Source: a virus. Taken from it: DNA of 64,000 bases. A model generated the notes under the pieces. It was given only the letters and a program-made list of their open reading frames with translations. It was not told the origin of the DNA and searched no databases. The stretch is from positions 1 to 64,000 of IMG/VR virus record IMGVR_UViG_3300019760_000006, one strand, 5' to 3'. The translations under genes and the position numbers were made by a program. Below are positions 61,167 through 64,000 of the stretch, piece after piece; the stretch's first letter is position 1, and each line of letters begins with the position of its first letter.

Positions 61167-61583
61167 ATGACAACATTTTTAGAAGCAAGTAATATAACAT
61201 TATCACATTTCCTAACTGAATGGAGTTCACCTGGGATGCCAGCAACACTCGTTGCTTTAGAAGATTTAAAGTTTGATAAACCAAATGCTTTGCCTTGGGT
61301 AAGAATGATTATTAAGCAAAATGAAGGGAGAGGACAGACTATTGGTGGTAAGGGGTGTAGAAGCTTTAAAAGGCTTGGTATGATCCTATTTCAGGTGTTT
61401 ACACCTCTATATTCAGGTACATATGATGGTAATGATTTATGTGAAAAGATAATTAAGATATTTGAAGGTGAGAATATTAATAACATTTCTTATTACAATG
61501 CTTTCTTTTCACCAACTGGTCCTGATGGTAATTGGTATCAGTTTAATGGCAATATTGAATTTAGTTTTAGTGATAAGAAATAA
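61167..61583 (+). CDS. Tail terminator protein
   Basis: PWVR...IG.......G....QVFTP..SG...WYQ.N pattern; position before the tube. Confidence 0.75.
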   Translation: MTTFLEASNITLSHFLTEWSSPGMPATLVALEDLKFDKPNALPWVRMIIKQNEGRGQTIGGKGCRSFKRLGMILFQVFTPLYSGTYDGNDLCEKIIKIFEGENINNISYYNAFFSPTGPDGNWYQFNGNIEFSFSDKK

Positions 61584-61608
61584 AATGATTAAAAAGGAGA
61601 AATAAAAT

Positions 61609-63084
61609 TTGAGTGCTTCAACAAACGAGACAGTCATAAGTTATTCAGTAGAACAGTCCCCCGGTGTACTTGCAGGTTCACCAACATTTAAAAGTTTGGA
61701 GGTAAATGATATTAGCACCCTTGGTGCTACTATTACAACCACTCCAAGAAATCCAATTGCAAACACACGTGGTCCTCGTAAAGGGTCACCAACAGATCTT
61801 GATAGTTCTGTCGAATTACCGGCAGATCTTACCATTGATTCTTTCCTTGATTTCTCTCAAGGATTTATGTATTCAAGCTGGTATTCACAAGCAAAGTTTG
61901 ACCCTACTGCTGTTACATCTACTGGATATACAGTAGGAAGTGGTGGTAATCTTGATGCAGGTACACTTATCTATGCAAGAAACTTTCAGAACTTAGAGAA
62001 TAATGGTTTGAAAGTTGTAGGAAGTGCTTCAACATCAACAGAAATTAAAACAACAGGTTTGGTTGCAGAATCATCTCCTCCTGCTGGTGCAATGGTAGAG
62101 GTTGCTGGTTTTCAAGGAGCGAGCGGGGATCTTCAGATTAATGCATCTGGTGATCTAACTTCAACAGCTTTGGACTTTACTACACTTGGAATTATAGTTG
62201 GTCAGAAGATTTATATTGGTGGTAATGAGACAGCTACACAGTTTGCAGGTACTAATAACAAAGGATTGGCAAGGGTTAGAGTTGTAGAAGCTAATAAACT
62301 TACACTTGATCATAGAGATCAAGATTATACTACAGATACTGGTGCAGGTAAAACTATACAGATTTTTATTGGAAGTTTTATTAGAGATCAGCCTGTTCAA
62401 GATCCTAAGTTTTTAAGAGAGACATATACATTTGAAGCAGCTTACGCTGGTCTTGGAGCTGCAAGTAATGAAAACTGGTATGAGTATGCAAAAGGTAATT
62501 ATGCAAACACATTTACATTTTCAAACCCTGGTCAAGCTTTATGTACACTAACTATGGGTTTTGTTGGTTTGGATACAGCAGTTCCGACTCAGACACAAGT
62601 ATCAGCTACACGAAAAGTTCCTACAAGAACATCTGCTTTTAATACATCTTCTGATTATACACGTATTCGAGTTAATAAAGCAGATGAGACTGGATTGACA
62701 TCTTATTTTGATAGTTTAGAAATTGCTATTAACAATAATGTAAATGCCCGTAAAGTTCTTGGAACACTTGGTGCAGCTTTTGTAAACATTGGTTCTCTTG
62801 AAGTAACCGGGACGGCAGATGTTATCTTCACCGATACAGGTGTTATTGAAGCAGTTAGAAATAACTGTACAGTAAGTCTAAACTATGGGGTGAGAAACCA
62901 AGATGGTGCTTTGGACTTCTCAATTCCATCTATGACCCTTGGTGGTGCTGATAAATCATTTCCAAGAAATGAGAGTATTACACTAAGTATTACAGGTAAT
63001 GCTTTTACAGACACTTTCTTTGGCTATGTATTTGGCATCACATACTTTCCATACATGCCTGGGTCTACTGCTGCTGTTTGCTAA
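61609..63084 (+). CDS. Major tail tube protein (siphovirus type)
   Basis: 491 aa, Thr/Gly-rich; EQSPG...R.P, G.LEVTG, IPSMTLGG motifs; TTG start with AAGGAG. Confidence 0.85.
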   Translation: MSASTNETVISYSVEQSPGVLAGSPTFKSLEVNDISTLGATITTTPRNPIANTRGPRKGSPTDLDSSVELPADLTIDSFLDFSQGFMYSSWYSQAKFDPTAVTSTGYTVGSGGNLDAGTLIYARNFQNLENNGLKVVGSASTSTEIKTTGLVAESSPPAGAMVEVAGFQGASGDLQINASGDLTSTALDFTTLGIIVGQKIYIGGNETATQFAGTNNKGLARVRVVEANKLTLDHRDQDYTTDTGAGKTIQIFIGSFIRDQPVQDPKFLRETYTFEAAYAGLGAASNENWYEYAKGNYANTFTFSNPGQALCTLTMGFVGLDTAVPTQTQVSATRKVPTRTSAFNTSSDYTRIRVNKADETGLTSYFDSLEIAINNNVNARKVLGTLGAAFVNIGSLEVTGTADVIFTDTGVIEAVRNNCTVSLNYGVRNQDGALDFSIPSMTLGGADKSFPRNESITLSITGNAFTDTFFGYVFGITYFPYMPGSTAAVC

Positions 63085-63114
63085 ATTTATTTATATAAAT
63101 TTATATAAGTTATA

Positions 63115-63247
63115 CCCGACTATTAACATAAAGATTTTGTGTTGATACCTCGCGAGGCAGGTGGGTGGAGTGTTGTCGGGGCACTCTGCTCACCACTTCT
63201 CCAGCTTCTACATGCTACTGAATGTAGACATCTATCCGACAAGATGT
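63115..63247 (+). ncRNA. Structured intergenic RNA element between tube and chaperone
   Basis: Five hairpins; loop GTCGG(G) complementary to CCCGAC (63115) and to loop CCGAC (63236). Confidence 0.6.
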
Positions 63248-63299
63248 AAAACAATAACAACACAACAAATTTTAAGAAAATTTAAGGAGAAATTTAAAA

Positions 63300-63758
63300 A
63301 TGACTAAGAAAGTAACTAAGAAAAATGTATATGCAATGTTTGATATGGATCATAGTGTGGAAGTAGATGGTTTTTGGAGTGAGTATGGAGATTTCCGTGT
63401 GAAGATTGCTCGTATGGGTGGTAAGAACACTGAATATACAAAAACTCTTATGAATCTTGGTAAGAAGTATCAAGCTGCCGGAAAGACAAACATCCCTGAT
63501 GACAAACTTGTGGAAATTGGTAATGAGATTATTGCTGATGGAATCATTAAGGGTTGGGAAGTAAGGGATGATGAAACTGGTGAGTGGGTTCCTGATAAGA
63601 TGTATGCTTACCCTTCAGGTGATATTGTAGACTATAGTAGAGAAGAAGTTCTTAACATTATGAACAATCTTGAAGAACTTAGAAAAGATATTGAAGATAA
63701 GAGTAATGCTAAGAGGAACTATCTTAAAGCTTATCAGGAAGATATAGTAAAAAACTAA
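63300..63758 (+). CDS. Tail assembly chaperone (gpG-like)
   Basis: After the tube; G.W......V.IARMGGKN..Y...I.GWE...YS.E pattern; ends at a slippery site. Confidence 0.85.
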   Translation: MTKKVTKKNVYAMFDMDHSVEVDGFWSEYGDFRVKIARMGGKNTEYTKTLMNLGKKYQAAGKTNIPDDKLVEIGNEIIADGIIKGWEVRDDETGEWVPDKMYAYPSGDIVDYSREEVLNIMNNLEELRKDIEDKSNAKRNYLKAYQEDIVKN

Positions 63759-64000
63759 CAGAAGTTCTTTCTTGGAATCTTAGGAGAGGGAAGGCATATA
63801 GGACGGTTATGGAGGGACATGCAAAGAATCCTAATCGTCCTATACCAGAAGAATTTAAAAAAGTTCCTGAATTAGGGGAGTTTCTTATTTTTTATTGGGA
63901 AGTTTTTTGGGAGTTATCAACAGAGAGACTTGTTGAATGTGGACCTATTCCTGGAAGTAAAATTCTTCAATACTCTAAAGATTTTGATATTTCATATGAT
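63749..64000 (+). CDS. -1 frameshift extension of the tail chaperone (gpGT-like; runs off the window)
   Basis: A AAA AAC (63749-63755) just before TAA; -1 frame LTEVLSW...PEL...YWEVFWELSTER...GPIP is open to the window end. Confidence 0.8.

Noticed and set aside
45190-63300. Distinct late-promoter consensus (TAAATA-like)
   Set aside because: Such words are too common in this AT-rich DNA to call without transcript-start data.
1-64000. Stop-codon recoding (TAG read-through)
   Set aside because: Long genes are intact under code 11, TAG ends DNA polymerase and portal at sensible points, and no suppressor tRNA is seen; only one small ORF has an internal TAG.

Overview
A 64-kb segment of an AT-rich (about 30% GC by eye), probably lytic tailed dsDNA phage with siphovirus-type tail genes; no integrase, repressor or CRISPR array is visible. 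Layout: (i) 1-4.7 kb, + strand: 3' end of a family A DNA polymerase and an SSB-like gene; (ii) 5.2-15.4 kb, + strand: small early/host-takeover-like genes behind many strong sigma70-type promoters, interrupted at 12.4-13.0 kb by a non-coding block of palindromes that holds an exact bacterial parS site and two DnaA-box matches; (iii) 16-39.8 kb, - strand: helicase-like protein, kinases, deaminase, C5-methyltransferase-like protein, HslV-like protease, phosphoesterases, M15 peptidase, dUTPase, class II RNR, ThyX, a stand-alone ligase Ia domain, a degenerate stand-alone terminase-ATPase paralogue and a tRNA-Ile with the rare UAU anticodon; (iv) 40.5-64 kb, + strand: TerS, HNH, TerL, a GC-rich beta-helix gene, portal, ChaB-like/protease, scaffold, decoration, major capsid, fibre-like genes, neck, tail tube and tail chaperone with a -1 frameshift. 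Most notable: the parS/operator cluster, the terminase ATPase paralogue, recurring AUA/AUC/AUU start candidates behind GG(A/G)GGTGA, tRNA-Ile(UAU), and several covarying hairpin elements. All family calls come from motif recognition by eye; no database search was run.
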